Below, piece by piece: positions 1 to 15,096 of a DNA stretch of 64,000 nt; position 1 is the first letter of the stretch, and every line of letters starts with the position of its first letter. The notes beneath the pieces are model-generated. The model saw only the letters and a list, made by a program, of their open reading frames with translations, did no database searches and was not told where the DNA came from. The translations under genes were made by a program, and so were the position numbers. The stretch lies in NCBI GenBank assembly GCA_026026165.1, contig JAPEUD010000028.1, positions 62,001-126,000 of the forward strand, written 5' to 3'. This DNA comes from Sarea resinae. Its lineage: Eukaryota.

Positions 1-639
1 GCTTCTTCCTTATCCCTGTCGTGCATTTCCCTTGGTCAGACGTCGGTCGGGAGAGGAGGGAAAAGGCCAACAGCGTGTCGTCTGCATGATTTCCGCATTT
101 CCGATAAATCTTCGGCTGATGCGCGTTCTCTGTTTTTCTTTATAATGTCTCTTTTGTCACTCTTTCACAAGTATCACGGGAAAACGGAAAACGAAGCGCC
201 GCGTGATTGGTAAATTTACCTCGAACGGGATATGCTCGTCTCGGTGCGCCACCATGGGTTTTGGTCTAGGCTGGCTGGATTGATTCTCCGGATTACCCCT
301 GGTTCCAGGGAGGGTTGACCTGATGGAGAGTGTACAACTCCCCGTCTGTCTGTCGGTCTGTCTTTCATGTGGTCTTTCCTCGTTGGACATTGTTTGATTG
401 CCTGATTTCCTGCGCCTGATCTGGATACGAGTCTGAACGAGTATGAATTAGTCTAAGCTGTCGTCGTGGGACTGGTCATCCCCCTTCCCGTCGCGTCGGC
501 CGGTTGTGTAATAATCAATGAATGATTCATCCATCTATTCATTTATCCATCCACCTCGTCTTCGTTATCGTTACCGTCCTTCACTCGCCACATGAGCTAG
601 ATGCTATTTTTTTCTCTTGGAGGCGGACTGTGTACCATC

Positions 640-950
640 CATCCCCATATCCCCATCCACGTCCACATTGCCCAATCCCGTCCACATTCATATCCACATC
701 CACATCCCCATCCCCAATTGCCACCCACATATCCGCGTACAGTATACGGCCTGTCCTGACTCTTGAGCAAGCGATGGGCGATCCATCCATCCATCCATCC
801 ATCCATCCAATTAATCCGCATGAAATTAATGAAAAGTTACGCCCGTTCCGTCTCTGCTCATCCCATCCCATCTATCCGCTCAGCCAGTTTGATCATGTCA
901 GCCCTAGTATATCTCTCATATATCCCTCTCCCCCCCCCCCCCCCCCCCCT
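640..950. repeat. SSR tract: (ATCCAC/ATCCCC)n, (ATCC)n and poly-C
   Basis: Seen directly. It accounts for the spurious Pro/Ser/His-rich ORFs at 522-1094. Confidence 0.8.
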
Positions 951-2508
951 TCTACCAATCCCTCCTATACCTCACCCCTAATCATTCCTCCTATGCCTCA
1001 CCCTTACGTCTATCTCATCCCTTTCATATTCCCTAACACGCGTTCTCTAGCGAAGCCAAAAAAAAATACCAAAAATCAGATGAAAATAAAATAAAATAAA
1101 AACAAAAAGCAACCACAACAGACCTTTACTGAACTTTTCCAAAAAAAGAAAAAAGAAAAAAAAGATACTAATACGCTCGATCAAAGAAGCTCGAAAGAGT
1201 AATGAATACCTAGGTCTATTTAGGGGTGATTGATGTCTCCTAAATATCTCACGAAGTCGATTGACAGGAAGAACAAGGCTCAAGTCAAGAGTAAGGAACA
1301 AGAACAAGAATAAGACACACAAATCGACTCAACCCGATATTGAAATAAAAAAAAATGCTTCGACTCCTATCTAGCTAGCTAGCCTTTCTTTATGATGCCA
1401 GGATGATACTGGTACATCTACAATGTCGAATTGATAGACTCATACGAGATTAGACGGATAGATCCTCAAAACGAGAAGGTAGACAGTCAAGCAGTCTTAA
1501 GCTCAAGACACAACCACGAGAACAAATCGAGTAGCACAAAGCCACGGGACGTAGATGAGATTGATCGATCCTTGATTGATTGATATGATGATATCTGGTG
1601 CATTATTGCAGTCGGGACGATACAGTGTTCATGCGATTGAACACACGCACACACGTGCACGCCCCAAATAAGAAGGGTAAAAAAGCTAAATATAAAAGGG
1701 AAGGGTATCTCCTTTGCCGAGTTTTTTCTTTTCCTTCACGATCGAAGCAAGCAAAAAGGTGTAAGATGTAAATCGTTTCGGACGGTCGGTTGGTCGATTC
1801 AAATCCCTACAATGCATCGGACCCTATATGGATTGATCACATCGCATCCAGCTGTGAGAGAGCCCTAGGACACGCAGCTGCGGAAGGTCGTCGCCTTTAG
1901 ATTTCGGAGATTCCGAGACGTTCAGTAGGACCCCTCTGACACTCGCTCCTAGTAAGGAGGACGAGTCGAAAAGCTGATCCGGCTCCGCACTTCGGAGAAG
2001 TCCTTCGTTCGTTTCCCCCTCGAATACCGGTTGCCAACACAAATGCAGATGACAGTCCCTAGTATGGGCAATTTTGATGGACACACAACAAAGCTTAGGA
2101 AACGCTAATTCACATGACAAAGGAAATTTGGTGCTAAAAGGGAGACCGCTTGCAATGCAGATAGTAGTCGAAACGCTGATTGCGAAAGGATATACACGAG
2201 TTTTGGTACAAAAGAAATGATGCACTCTGGCCGCCGGTCGATTGGCTGATACCAGGTAAATTAACACACGGGTCGCGAACATGCCTCCTCAAGCCGTACA
2301 TTCACTGATACTGACAAGCTGTAAAACCATCGAAGCGAAAAGGTATGATGGACGGACGAAGATAGTTCGAGAGATTACAAGTTCCCAGTCCTAGGGGATC
2401 TGGCGTTTTGGTAACGCAGGAGTCATCGCGGTTGGCCCATGCAAGCGCGGAAATACAACGGTTAATGGAGCCGCATATGTAGTAGCTGGCTTTCAAGTCC
2501 AGAAGACT

Positions 2509-3716
2509 TTACATATGCTGAACGCTAGACGGTGGAGATGGCGTAGCTGGGCAGCGAGCCGGGACAACACCATAGCCCTTCCATTGGTCGCCGTAGCTAG
2601 TAAATTGCCCTTCGGGCGTGATCGGCGGGGTGAGGTAACCGTTGGGCATGATCGCGGGGTAGTAGCCTTTCTCAGGTGTCTGAGGTGCAAAATGCTCGAT
2701 GATGGCGGCCTTGTGTTCTTCGGATATGGGTGTTTCGCAAGGGGGAGTCGGCGGCGCATAGCGTCTGGCAATAGAAGCCTGCCTTGAGAGGAACTTCTCC
2801 ATGGTACGAGACACTCCGGACAGGTGAGATGATGCATACTTCCGTGACAGGACCTGAGATGGACGATGTAATTGTTGTGACAGGCTGACAACTGTCAGTG
2901 AATCGTACTTGGATGACCATTCATCGTGGTTGGGCTGAACGCGACCGAGGATGCATCTCGAAAGCGCTAAAGCTGACCGAGCCATAGTTGAAGGGCGCGT
3001 CGCCACGAAAGCCTTGTGGAACATGGCGATCTCGCAAAGATACCAAGCCATATGTTCAACCTCGGGGTCATAAGGCGCCCGAGTCAATGCGATCTGAAGA
3101 AAACTGTCCACGGTTGGATGCCCGATGACCCAATTCAGTGTTTGCAACACATGCCACTCCATCTGGATGAACATGTCGTCATCGTAGAGTGAGCAGCACA
3201 TCGACTTCAATTCACGGATGGTTGGAACGTGTTCCTTTCGGTCTCCATATTTTGCGGCGACGAGGAGAGACGCGCATCCAACCAGCTGGTAATGGCGCTT
3301 GTAGACGACGCGCTTTGAGCAGTAACGGTCGAGCAGATTGATGGCCAGGAAAAGAGTCTCCGGGAGAAGCTGAAAGGCAGAGTGGGCTTCGACGAGGAAG
3401 TCGAGGAGATATGGACGCATGAACCATTGGATCTCGGTCTGAATATCGATCGAGGCAACATCAGGTAATGTTTCGGCCTAAAATCGATCGAGTTAGCAAC
3501 GTCACTCTTTCAAAGATTAGTCTCGGGTTCATTGACCTCCATGCGTTCCATGTGCTCTAAGACGTCTGCTTGATACTCCTCGCTCGTCAACCGTGACAAG
3601 TCCTCCGCCATGGAAAGCTGACGCTCTCGATTGTAGATTTTGGCTCGCTCTCGTGCGACAAAAACGCCATTATCGTATGACTCGACGAAGTAGCTATCGC
3701 ACTGCGGATAAGACAT
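2509..3716 (-). CDS. G1/S-type cyclin (Cln/Ccn1/PucA-like), 2 exons, about 382 aa
   Basis: Cyclin box MRPYLLDFLVEAH...FLAINLLDRY...YQLVGCASLLVAAKY and a C-terminal PEST/CDK-site tail (PPTPP, LTPPITP). Intron 3478-3536 (GT..GCTAAC..TAG) joins exon 1 (MSYPQ...EHMERME) in frame. Confidence 0.9.
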
Positions 3717-6700
3717 GGTCGAGTGAAGCCAGCTCACGGAAGCTATCCGGTGATCGATAGACGATTTGTGGTGCGTTGTAGGTGATGATGATTATGGAAA
3801 GAATGGATGTCAGGCTCGCCAGGATCTTCCTAACTGTTGGATGGGAATTGAAAACTCGAACTGAATGAATGTGGTATCTAGAAGGACGTAGATAGAGACT
3901 GATTACGACTGGGAATTAAAAGAGTGGCTGTCGTAGGATTACGGTAAAGAATGACTGAGTAGTTGGCGAAAAAAAAAAGAATGAGCACACAAGCTGCTGA
4001 ATCGCAGTTTGAGGTGGCCGGGGAGGACAATTATAGGAAGCCTCGAATTAGGCCTGGAGTGTACCCAAAAGATCGTCAGCCCTTGTTCCACTTTGCTATA
4101 GCGAGGGGGTTGAAGGATAATGAACCGCAACCGAAGGAAATTGTTCCGGTCAAGAACAATGTCGCCGGCAGCAAGGACCATCGAGACCAATTGGATAGCA
4201 AACTCACCTTAAAAGGAATTAATTATTGAACTATCTTTTTTCTTCAAAGAGATTTTCTGTCTCGAGAAAAGATAAAATAATCTGAATAGGTATAAAAGAG
4301 ACAGATCCTTTGTTGGTTAGACGAGATTACGATCCAATGGCATCCAGGATCGTGGAGTCTGGAATGGCGCCGCAAATTGCCGTGGGCAGGAGTGCCGGGG
4401 ACTGTGAAGAAGCTTGAAGGCAGGCTCGTCTTGGCTCGGATGATGTAGACAACGATTTAACGCCTCCACACTGAGTAATCTGAAGCCTGGGCTCGATCGG
4501 ACGAGGAGCCGTTTATTGTGGAATGTAGGCGCTTCAAAAGCCAACCTTGATTGCTATGTAAGGGAACGGTGGTTAGCTTCGAACTGAAGGATGTCATGCC
4601 CAGAGCGACGCACCAAGCAGTGGAATGCTTTTTCCAAGCAACGGTAGTTTCTGCCCTTCCAGCGACTCTGAAGGGGTAGGATCGGTGGGATCTTCGAAGT
4701 CAATGGTTGGCTGGGCTCTCTAGCCAAGGAGGAACAAGGATTGCAGGACAGCTATTAGAGGGTGATGCAAGTCAGCAAGGTACACTGGGCGTAGAATATC
4801 AGGAGCAAGTATCCCGAGAGCAGTCCGGCGATGATCTGTAGGTTTCGGAGCAAATTGGCTGCATGCAGAGCTGAGGAGATTTCGATGGCAAGAACAGCAA
4901 CCTATGCTGGGAACTTTCGTCGAATCTTGCACTTAGGTGAACCAATGCCGAGTCCCACCCACGCAAGTTCTAGGCAAATCAAAAGATTTCTGTTCGGCTT
5001 AAGAGTATCGTGAATTTCCAATCCTCGTGAACGTTCGTTCAGCTACACCCGCAGTGGGCTTCCCAGGAACGAGGCTATCGGAGACAGTTTGAGTTGACCT
5101 GTAGAGGACCCAAGAACGCCAACCCACGATGTCCAGACTAGGTATATGCCTGCCTTTCCTCCCCTTTCGACGGATGCCATTGCCAAGTGTGATTGCCTCC
5201 TTTCCAATCTTTTCATGCCTCGAATAGTCTTCGATGGGAGCGTTTCGGAGTGGTCGCCAGTGGATTGACGATACATCATGGGGATGGGTCTGGGACAGAA
5301 AAGGAAAAGAGGTATACTCACAGAATCGTATGTTGAAGGATCAGAAGCTGATTGGCATTGATGTGGACAGCTTTAGATATGCTTGGAAACGTTCGGCAGA
5401 TCCGAATGAGTGCTTGACAAAGTGGTTGTGGTTTCACCGGCGGGAAAGACTCAATATTCGTGATACCGCAAGAAGAGGCAGAGAATGTCGACGGTGAGTG
5501 AAGGTGGTGATTGAGGATAAGAAGGGAGCGTCGGAACGGTTGGTGGCCTTGCTCGAGGCAGTATTGAAGGGTCAACGGACTGTTCAAGACTGATTGAGAC
5601 AGGAGGATGAGGGTACGAGAAACGGGTATAGATACCCGGAGGAATCTCTCGACGCCAATTCAGGCCCTCCAATCCAGGGCTCCGGCCGGTCGAGTGTAAG
5701 GAAGGAGAAAGGATTGGTCAAGGAGGAGAAGGGGCACAAGGTCTCCGTGAAGTCTGGATGAGTGGCAGGAGAAGAGGCAGAGGAGGAGGTGGAGGAGGAG
5801 TGAGTGAGTGGATGGTGGACTTGATTGAATCTGTGGCTCCTCTCTCAGCCAAGAATTGACAGCCAGGACGGAGAGACGAGTCGAGAGACAGGTCGAGAAG
5901 AGAGCGACGACTGGGTCAGACGGAATCGATCAATCAGATCAGCCATTTGAGGTACATCGAACCCCGTCCGCTACTGCTGTACTCTTACTCCGTACATGAT
6001 TTGTGCCTGCAGGCTCACTACTGCTACTACTCGGACTCTCCATAGTACGTCCTTCTCACTCGCGACTCCTGCTCCGTACTGCTACAGTTACGGTTACGAA
6101 GTCACTTCCGCAGGCGGCGCAGGCGGGATGCGGTGCGAGATGCTTGCCCGGGTCGAGGGTGTTGTTCCATGCTGGACCCTGTCCGAGCATGGACTATGAG
6201 TACTACTCGGACGGTGCTATTCGCGGGACTATTGGCGGTACCGCTCGAGGTACGAGGCCGAGTGCCTTGCCCCCTCGCGACCCGCTGGTACCTCACACGC
6301 CCTCCCGAGGTACTCCCTCCTCTCCTTCGAGCTGGACGACTGGGAGCCTGGGGGCTAAGGGTCCATGGACCTCCATCGTCAGTTCGACCCCCCGGTGGAC
6401 GCCAATCACCACTCGCCATCCCTCACCACTCACCACGCACACAAAGAGGACTTACATAAAACAAAACCACCAACCACCAGTCAGCGTCGCGTGTCCGCCT
6501 GTCTCCTCGTCTGGCCGCTGCCCACTGCGGTCTGGCTGCAACAACATGGGGTTTGGCCTGGCTGGCCACCACTAGTAAGCTCGTAGCTGGGCCTGTTAAA
6601 GTTCCATGCTTCCAATGCTCTACTCCGTACTTGTGAGGTATGGAACTTGCTTCTTCTGCCGCTTCCGATTCGGCTCGGAGGTACAAGGCCAGGCCAGTAC

Positions 6701-9700
6701 TGCCCCGTCACACGCACTGGGATGCTGCCCCGAACCTTTCTGTGTAGCAGCGCACTTTTGGCTCCACAGGAGGGAACGAGATACCTACCTAAGTACCTAC
6801 CTCGCGGGTGCTCGTCATGCATGCTCTTTTCCTATCGTCAGATCCAGCCAAATCATTGCAGCCTTCAGCACCAAACTCCACGCCAGGAGAATGGCGTCTC
6901 TAATTGGCATCGTCGAACCTCTCCTGTTTGCTACAATGCTCGTTGCCTGGCATCATGAGCCATGCTCCTGTCAGGAAGTGACACTCTGTTTGCGTTCCAT
7001 TGCTCTGCGAAGATGAGAACATCAAATACCTACATCGCACATTGATTGTTTGATCGTGACACGGAGAATGGTTTTGGTACCGACCTACTTGCTCGTCCCG
7101 ATAGATTGGCCCAGAGGTCGTGATTCGAGGGAAGACGAGACGCTTCTGACCCGCTTCGCCGCTTGAATAATAGAACAAGTCCACAAGTCCACAAGTCCAC
7201 AAGTCCTTACCTCAAGTGCTCGCTCAGGCTCGCTCAGCTTGCCTCGACCGTCGCGCAATCCCTACCAATTAGCACCAGTTCATGCATCGTTTTCTTGTTT
7301 CTGCCGCATCGTCAACCTCATCGATTAACCACTTCGGTGCGCGACCCAAGTAGGGCGATGATAGTGACTACGCCTATGTATCTTACTCTCGTTCCGTCCA
7401 TCAGCTTACTTACCTTGAGGTACAGGGCTACCCTATTCCCCCCCCCCCCACCCATGCTTGGAGGCATTCCGGGGCCTAGGGTCGATAGTGAACCATACCA
7501 TAGGGCCAATCCTTGACTGATTATTTTAGGTCAATCTGGCATCCTCGCTCTCCTCTGAGCCTCGCATCGGCGTAACCGACCCGTACGTAAGGTAAAGGAG
7601 ACTCTAACGAAGTACGGAAAATCGCAGATTACGTCGAGGAAATGAATGTAGAGACCTATCACCGTCGAAGATTACCTAGACCATAGTAGAGTGGATAGTA
7701 CAGGCGCTCGGAGGACTCCTAGCCTTTGAGCACAGATGATATGAACGGCAATGTACGTACCCTGTATGCTATCATTTGTCCCGCTGAAGTTTGCGGGAGA
7801 ACAACCAGGCAACTGCCTTGAATCTTAACAACACTGGAAGCGGGGAACCCGCTCGGACTTGGCGCAATTGCCTCCTTCGCCATCTCGTCATTGAAGAGGC
7901 TCGGCGTTTGAGAGTATCAATCGAGGCCGGCCTTGATATGAGTTCTTTTCTTCTGTTGTTTGCCGCTCTCGTGCTCTCGGCCTTGCACGAATTAGCTCGT
8001 CGTACCTTTGTAGCTCAAATCGCTACCATTATTCGCGTCAACTACTGCTAAGCTTGGCCCACAACGTGTTTGGGCTGTCTGCACCAGAGATTGATCAAAT
8101 TTCGTGTGCTTTATATCTGCGTCTCAGCCGCGGGCCAAGCGGCGATCTCGCACGCGTCGACGAGGTCAAAAGGGCGTTGAGCATTTTTACGTGCAACGAT
8201 GGGTCTTACCGGGAGCTCCACAATGCGATAAATTTCTTTCAACATCGGCGTGTGGGGTTTATTCTGCCTGAGAAACGTCATTTAAGCACGACGCCAACAG
8301 TCACCGCCTAAATCATCATATAGGAGTGTGGAGTTCCATTTTACCACGTCTGGCCTTTGTTACATAATTGAACTGCCAATCGCTGGGAAAATTTGAAGCG
8401 CTACAGCATATGCGTATCGATCTTGCAGATATTGTCGGGGTTTTCGGACCTTCATGGCTTGACAAAAGTCTCGAACAACATCCATGAGATACTTGGGACG
8501 GCACATGTATTGGTGTGGCTCGTGAGGATGGCATAGCCACAAATGAACCTAACCGAATTGGAGATTTGAGATATGCAGTGGCGTCGCCCGAGGATAATCA
8601 TTGTCAACGGAACGGGATCGTCCAGGGTCCCTTGAAGATCTCCTGAACACAGCATTTCGATCTCTTATTGTTACCTGGCATCGCTTTACAGCAGCCAATT
8701 ATGATGTCTCATATCGCGGCCCCCAACTTAGGGACCATGATGGATCTTCGTTCGCATGGGAAAATAGAGCATCGCTACCTTACTCCGTGCTCCAAGTATC
8801 AGCCACCTCAATTCCATGCCTATGAATAAGGTAGTAGTCAGCGTCGGAGCTGCCTCGTTACCAAAGGCAGGTGCGGAGGCTGGGGATAGTACTACCCAAG
8901 GTACGAAGTACATGGGTAAAAATGATGAGACAAGTCGCCTGTCGTCCGTAGAGCTAGACCGAGATCCGACACTGGAAGCAGAACGCGCGCCCAGACGCCT
9001 AGACGGACCCGGCCGGGAACGCGGTCTCTGATATATTCACAGAGTTATTTCAATCGCTTGCGAGATTTGCAGGCCACGCATATGCACTTCCAATGCAATG
9101 CTTGCGCAATATTTACGTTCGCTCAACATTGGAAGCAAGGCAGTTGCCCTGCTTGATGATCCTCAAGATACTTCACTGCGCCTCAGCCACAAGCTTGAAG
9201 CAGTAAAAAGATTGTCTATCCTCTGTTCGAGTCCAGAGTCTATAAGCTAGCTTATCTATTTCCTGTGAGAGGAAAGCGATGTTCAAGGTTGCTTTCAAGT
9301 TCACCCGTTTACCCCACCTCCGACGTGACGTGTCGGATGCGATGTGACCTCCATTCAGTTGGGCAACTGACAGAATGAACAATAATACCAAATGGCGTTC
9401 GCGTTTGTTCAGATATGGCATTGGCGGAACGCTAGGATAGCTTTTGCCTCAAATGGAGGGCCGGAGGTGTCCCAGTAGGGAGAACATGTGTAAGGTACCT
9501 ATGGATCATCTGAGTATGCTCATCTATCATGCATCAGCGCACCTGCCCGAAATGCTGTCATCGATTCTTGATTTTTGCTACAAGCGCGTGGCCCTGGGAG
9601 TAGTAATCGCAAAACGGAGTCGAGTGAGTAGAGTATCCGTACTTCTGAACGAATTGGACCCGAGCGCGGCTCTGAATGCTGGAGCTCTGCATACTATCGT

Positions 9701-12069
9701 TGGATCCAATTTCGCTCCTTTCACCGCTTCGACTGCGGGCTTGAGTGCGGAAACTGGACTGCAAGACGCGCTCTAGCGCGATCTGGGAGAACACGACAGC
9801 TCTGAGCACAATTGGACGTTTACTGCTCGACCATTGTACTATGTATGGATGCTATCTCCGAGTCGCGCGGAGGATGGCGAAATGTCGCAGGGCTGATCCT
9901 TGGGGTGGCATGCTCATAGCTGGGGCCAAATGCAGACCGACCGCAGCAAAGTCCAAGGGCCGTCTCCGCTCGCTTCGGTAGAGTAGGATAGCTTAGTTCT
10001 TGGCTCGCTGAGTTGGCAAATAGGTTTCAGCTTGAGACCTTGGACTTCGATCGACGCCGCATCATTGTCAGGCTCTGGCGAGATGAAGCAGGTAAGGCGT
10101 CAACTCATATCACCTTGATCATCCTGATCACCCTTCATCTTTTCTACATTCTCCTCTATGTGCATGTGCAGTCAAAGCCCTGTGGCCGCCTTCCACCGGA
10201 ACCCCTATGTAATCGAACATCACCCACAGTAACATTGCCCCGACCGCCGTCGCATATCGCTACTGTCCGAGGAAGTGACTGCGACCCATGAAGCTGACCT
10301 GCTCCACCGGCCTTGACACTTTGAAACTTTAGCCCCGTGTTTACCTTTAAGCACCAACATCCCTCTGAGTAGAGAGAGTGGAGGTCTACTACATCCGAAG
10401 CCTGTGCCGCTCACGGCTTCAACGAGCTTTTGCAGGGTGGGATGCACTTCCTGCGTCTTCAATTATCATACTGGATCATGGCTAGTCATCCATGTTTTTA
10501 ACTGGTGCCTGGGATTGTATTTTGACGGCTGACAGACTGTCTCGCGGCACTTTCAAAGGCTCCCATTGATTATCTGTCCCTCACATTCCGCACCGGTCAG
10601 ACTTTTCTCCGTCTCCTGAGATGAACGAGGAGGGAGGACTAAGACATTTAGACCTCCCGCAGGGCATGTAAATGTCATATCTGTGAAGCTGGTCCTCGGT
10701 ATTGGTCTGCACGCCTGTCGCTTCCTCCAATACCTCAGTCTAGTGCCTCGACTCTATCAATTCACTGCAGTCGTCCTAAGACTCCGAAACCGTTTACTGC
10801 AAGTTCCGATCGTTCGTTGGCTAATGATGTCAAACGTATGGCGCATCGATGGCTAACTTTAAGTGGCTTTATTGCATATCATGATCCACGAATTCTCCAA
10901 TACTTCGAATGTGTAAGGAGGCAATTGACTCTAAGATGCACTACTTGTTTCTATTAATATATGAGCCCAGACAGGAAGGCATCCGTCATTTAGCGCATCG
11001 TTCTGACGCTGTGCGACTCATTAAGCTCTCTACTGCCGAGCTGGCATGGACAGCCGCTCCTTGCATTGCCGGTTGAAAAGCGAAACTCCACGCTAAGCGG
11101 CCGTTTCTTCCTTTCTCCCTTGCTTTGGGAATCCCAAGAACCATCTGTTGGAGAAGATGAAGCCTCCTCAGTTACATGCTTGTCGAGATTTTGTATTCTG
11201 TTTGCGGGAAGGGGACGTCCGCGGTGGTTTTGATTCTCTAGACCTTAGTTAGTGTCCAGCTGCAACAGATACACCCATATCATGGCTCGTTGGCTCCTCT
11301 TCTTTGTATTGGAGAGGTGTGCTTTGCCAACTGAGCGAAAAGGGTGGCCACCCGTACTCAGGGCAAGTTCGAGAGGCTACTTGATGCTAATCTCCAACAC
11401 TTCGCACGACCACAAAAGAGGGCCTAATCTACAGTCCACGCAATATTGCTCTCTCTAAAAGCTCGGAAAAGGGGAAATTGTGTGCCTGTCGTTAATTCTC
11501 TGGTTACATGCTCTATATGAACAATACACAATCACAAGAAGAAGTCGCTGGGTTACAACGGGCCAAATTGTGAGAAATAGAAGAGAGCGGGTGGTAATCT
11601 CGTCTTCCATGACATGGAGGTGATATATACATCGAAAATGCCCGTTTTTTTTGGTCCCGCTCCGAGAGTGAAAATGAAGTTCAAGGTACCTTACGTATCC
11701 ATATGTAATAACGACGAGGGAGGTACTCAGAACTTCCACTTATCGTAAGAAGGAAATAGAGACGGCCCGCTTCGCTAATGATACTGCATTCGGCCATGGT
11801 GTTGATCGCCCCTCGCGAAAAATTACCCTCGTTACCCTCCGTGTCCGAAGAACTTGGATGAAGACGAGACTAAGAGAGAACGAGGCTTCTGCGATTACAA
11901 TATTTGGCTTGGTCCGAGAATAATACCATCGCCTACACAGAAGATATCAATCCCAGTCAGCCGTCATGCTCTGTCAATAGCCCGATCACCCGCTTTCATT
12001 TGGGAGGTCAGAATCAGTGCCTGATCGGATTCGTCGCGGATTTTGAAGTAACTGACAGAAATTCAGACT

Positions 12070-15000
12070 ATGGATATCCACCGGTGCCGTTTCGTACCAT
12101 ATCCTCCTTCTGCCATCAATGCGCTCGCCTTCTCTCACAGCTCGTCCAAAAACGGCAAAGGCAAAGGACCGGAGACTTTGCGACTAGCAGTCGGTCGAGC
12201 TAATGGCGACATCGAGATATGGAACCCGCTCAAGGGCGCCTGGTTCCATGAGACGACTTTTCGAGGTGGAAAAGACCGAAGCATAGAAGGTCTTGTGTGG
12301 ACGCAGGATCCGGATGAGATAGATGCAAATGGCTTCGCCCTACCTGGAAAGCTGAGACTCTTCAGCATCGGCTATTCAACGGCCGTAACGGAGTGGGATC
12401 TAGAGAAAGGCGTCCCCGTGCGACATTCATCTGGCAATTACGGCGAAGTCTGGTGTATTGCAGCGCAACCAGCGTCCCAAGCCACAGGAGGGAGAGATGG
12501 GAAGAAGGGAGGCGTATCTTCGACTGGAGACAATGAGCAACAGCCTCAGAATCTCGCAGTTGGGTGCGCAGATGGTAGTGTTGTCGTACTTTCTACCGCG
12601 GATAACGATCTTCGTTTCCAGAGCATTTTGTCCAGGTCATCGTCGAAGAAGGCGCGCGTTCTAAGCATCGCATTCCAAAACCGACATACTGTAGTTGCCG
12701 GCTTCGCAGACAGCATGATACGTGTCTACGACATCCGCAATGGTTCTCTCATACGCAATATGCCTTTCGGAGGCGGTCCGAAAGGAGGACCGAGAGAGAT
12801 TCTTGTATGGTCCGTGAAGTGTTTACCTAGTGGCGACATCGTGTCTGGAGACTCTGCTGGGGAGGTCCGGTTCTGGGACGGGAAGAATTATTCACTTTTA
12901 CAGAAAATGAAAAGCCACAGAGCGGACGTTCTATCTCTTGCAACGAGCATCGACGGGGAGACGGTTATTAGTGGGGGCATGGATAGAAGATCAACAGTCT
13001 ATCGACGAACAGCGGGCAGCAAGGGAGGCGACAGGCGAAGATGGGCTGAGATAGCGCATCGTAGGCTTCATGCTCATGATGTAAAAGCGATGGCAACTTT
13101 TGAAACCAAAAACATGAGCGTCGTTGCTTCTGGAGGTAAGCTGCTCATGCCACCAATGCGAGACTTTAGCTGATCTCTATAGGGCTCGACACGACACCCA
13201 TTATCATCCCTCTGCGCGAATTCGGAAAGGAATATCATCAAACCATATCTAGTCTGCCACAAACGCCTCAATTGGGTAGTGCACCCGCGAAGCGTTGTCT
13301 CATGAGCTGGTGGGACCGGGAAGTCTCCATATGGAAGGTTCAGGGGAACCCTTCTATCCCGCGGCCTGAGGATATTACTTTTGATGAGGGCGAAGTACAA
13401 AACCACAAACTCATTGCTAAGATATTAGTAAAGGTATATAGATGAAATCTTTGGAAGTTGAGCTAGATGCTAATACGGAATACAGGGAGAAGAGAATATT
13501 ACTTCAGCTGCCCTTTCGATGAATTGCGATCTTCTCGCCATCTCCACTACGGCTGGGGTAAAAGTTTTCCGTCTACGGTCGAGGAGAGCTGACCAACTAG
13601 AAGGCCTGAGAGTACAGAAGCTAAATGTTGTGGACAAGCTGTCGGCTCTTGGGGCTAAATCTGTTTGCTTCTCCCCAGATTGCCGGTGGCTTCTGGTTGT
13701 TGCATTGGACAACAGTATTACGGTGATGAGGGTGGTTCGAAAAGAGGGAGATATTGATATCCTGCCGTCGATGACACAGTTGCCGCGACTGGAGAGAAGT
13801 TCCGAAAGGGCTTCAAAAATCGCCCTCAACGGAAGCCTTGGTGACTACGAAAGATTTATCACACGACTAGCGTTTTCAAGCGATAGCAGGATTTTGGTAG
13901 TTGGCGATCTATCTGGCTATTTAGATAGCTGGGTTCTAGAAGGGTATGAAGATCTTACTCAGGAAATTGATAAAGACGATGACCGCGGGTCTACCTCTTC
14001 AGATGACGAAGATGAAGACGACGATGGCAAGCCTCGAGTGATCTTTGGACAGCATTGGATTCGAAATCCATCGGCAGCTCTTCTTCCTAGACTTCCTTCT
14101 GCGCCTCTACTCCTATCGTTTCGGCCTTCTGACCCTTCGAGCTCGCGACCACAGAGCAACGGCAGCACGGCGATTCATGCGACGCGCAACAATCCTCGCC
14201 CCCACTCCCACGATCTTCCTTCGGGAGAAGACCGCCTCATCGCCCTCACTTCGGAGCACCAATTATTGGAGTTCAAGGTTCTAGAAGGCAAGATTTCTGA
14301 TTGGTCTCGTCGAAACCCTACGGCAATGCTTCCAAAGGAGTTCCGGCTTATTCGAGAAAGAGCCATGGGTGGCTTGTGGGACGTGTCAATGGCAAGAACT
14401 AGGCTATGGATACATGGAACCAATTGGTTAGGGATGTTCGATCTGTCGCGAGACTTTCCTCACCCTGGAGACTCGACGAAGGAGACTACTGCTGTCGTCC
14501 CTGTCAACACTTCAGAGCGAAAACGAAAACGGAAGAGAGAGACTATCAACGGCGAAGACCTGCGAAAGGATACCACAGGTGCCGGTAGCAAAGTCCCTGA
14601 CAGCGAAATGCGCGGAGTTGGTAGGAAGTTACGAAAGGTGATCGGCGTGGAACCTAACAATGAGGAATGGACCTCACTCGACGGACCACCGAGTCCAGAC
14701 AGCGGTGATGACGATGACCTCGCGCCAGAGGACGCAACGCTGAGTCGACTACGAAGGGGATCTGGCGACGCGGATGACGAGACGGATGGTCAAGGCGACG
14801 GACCAACCGAAGAAGGTGGTGCAGAGATAAATGGGACTGATGTTGTCCTCCGAGGTAAAGCAAAGAATCCCCCAACATGGTGGTACACGTACAAGTACCG
14901 GCCTATTCTAGGCATTGTACCATTAGGTGGTGACGACGATGAGAATGTTTCTCCGCACGAAGGTGAGCAGGCCATCACAATCCAAAGTGATGATAGTGTC

Positions 15001-15096
15001 CGCGTCCGACCGCTGGAGGTGGCGCTCGTGGAGAGACCAATGTGGGATGTGGAGCTGCCCCCGAGATTCTATGGTGATCAGGAATGGGACAAATAG
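12070..15096 (+). CDS. UTP4: U3 snoRNP/SSU processome WD40 protein Utp4 (cirhin), 3 exons
   Basis: N-terminus MDIHRCRFVPYPPSAINALAFS...LAVGRANGDIEIWNP, WD40 repeats, and C-terminal YRPILGIV...LVERP, all characteristic of Utp4. Introns at about 13136-13182 and 13434-13485. Confidence 0.92.

Noticed and set aside
522..1322. Pro/Ser/His-rich and Phe-rich ORFs
   Set aside because: They are translations of microsatellites and poly-A/C tracts downstream of the cyclin.
5996..11740. Many 60-190 aa ORFs, including protein-like pieces at about 8730-8910 and 9170-9810
   Set aside because: No recognisable domain, no consistent exon chain, and mostly non-ATG starts. They could hide decayed genes, but I cannot support that without a search.
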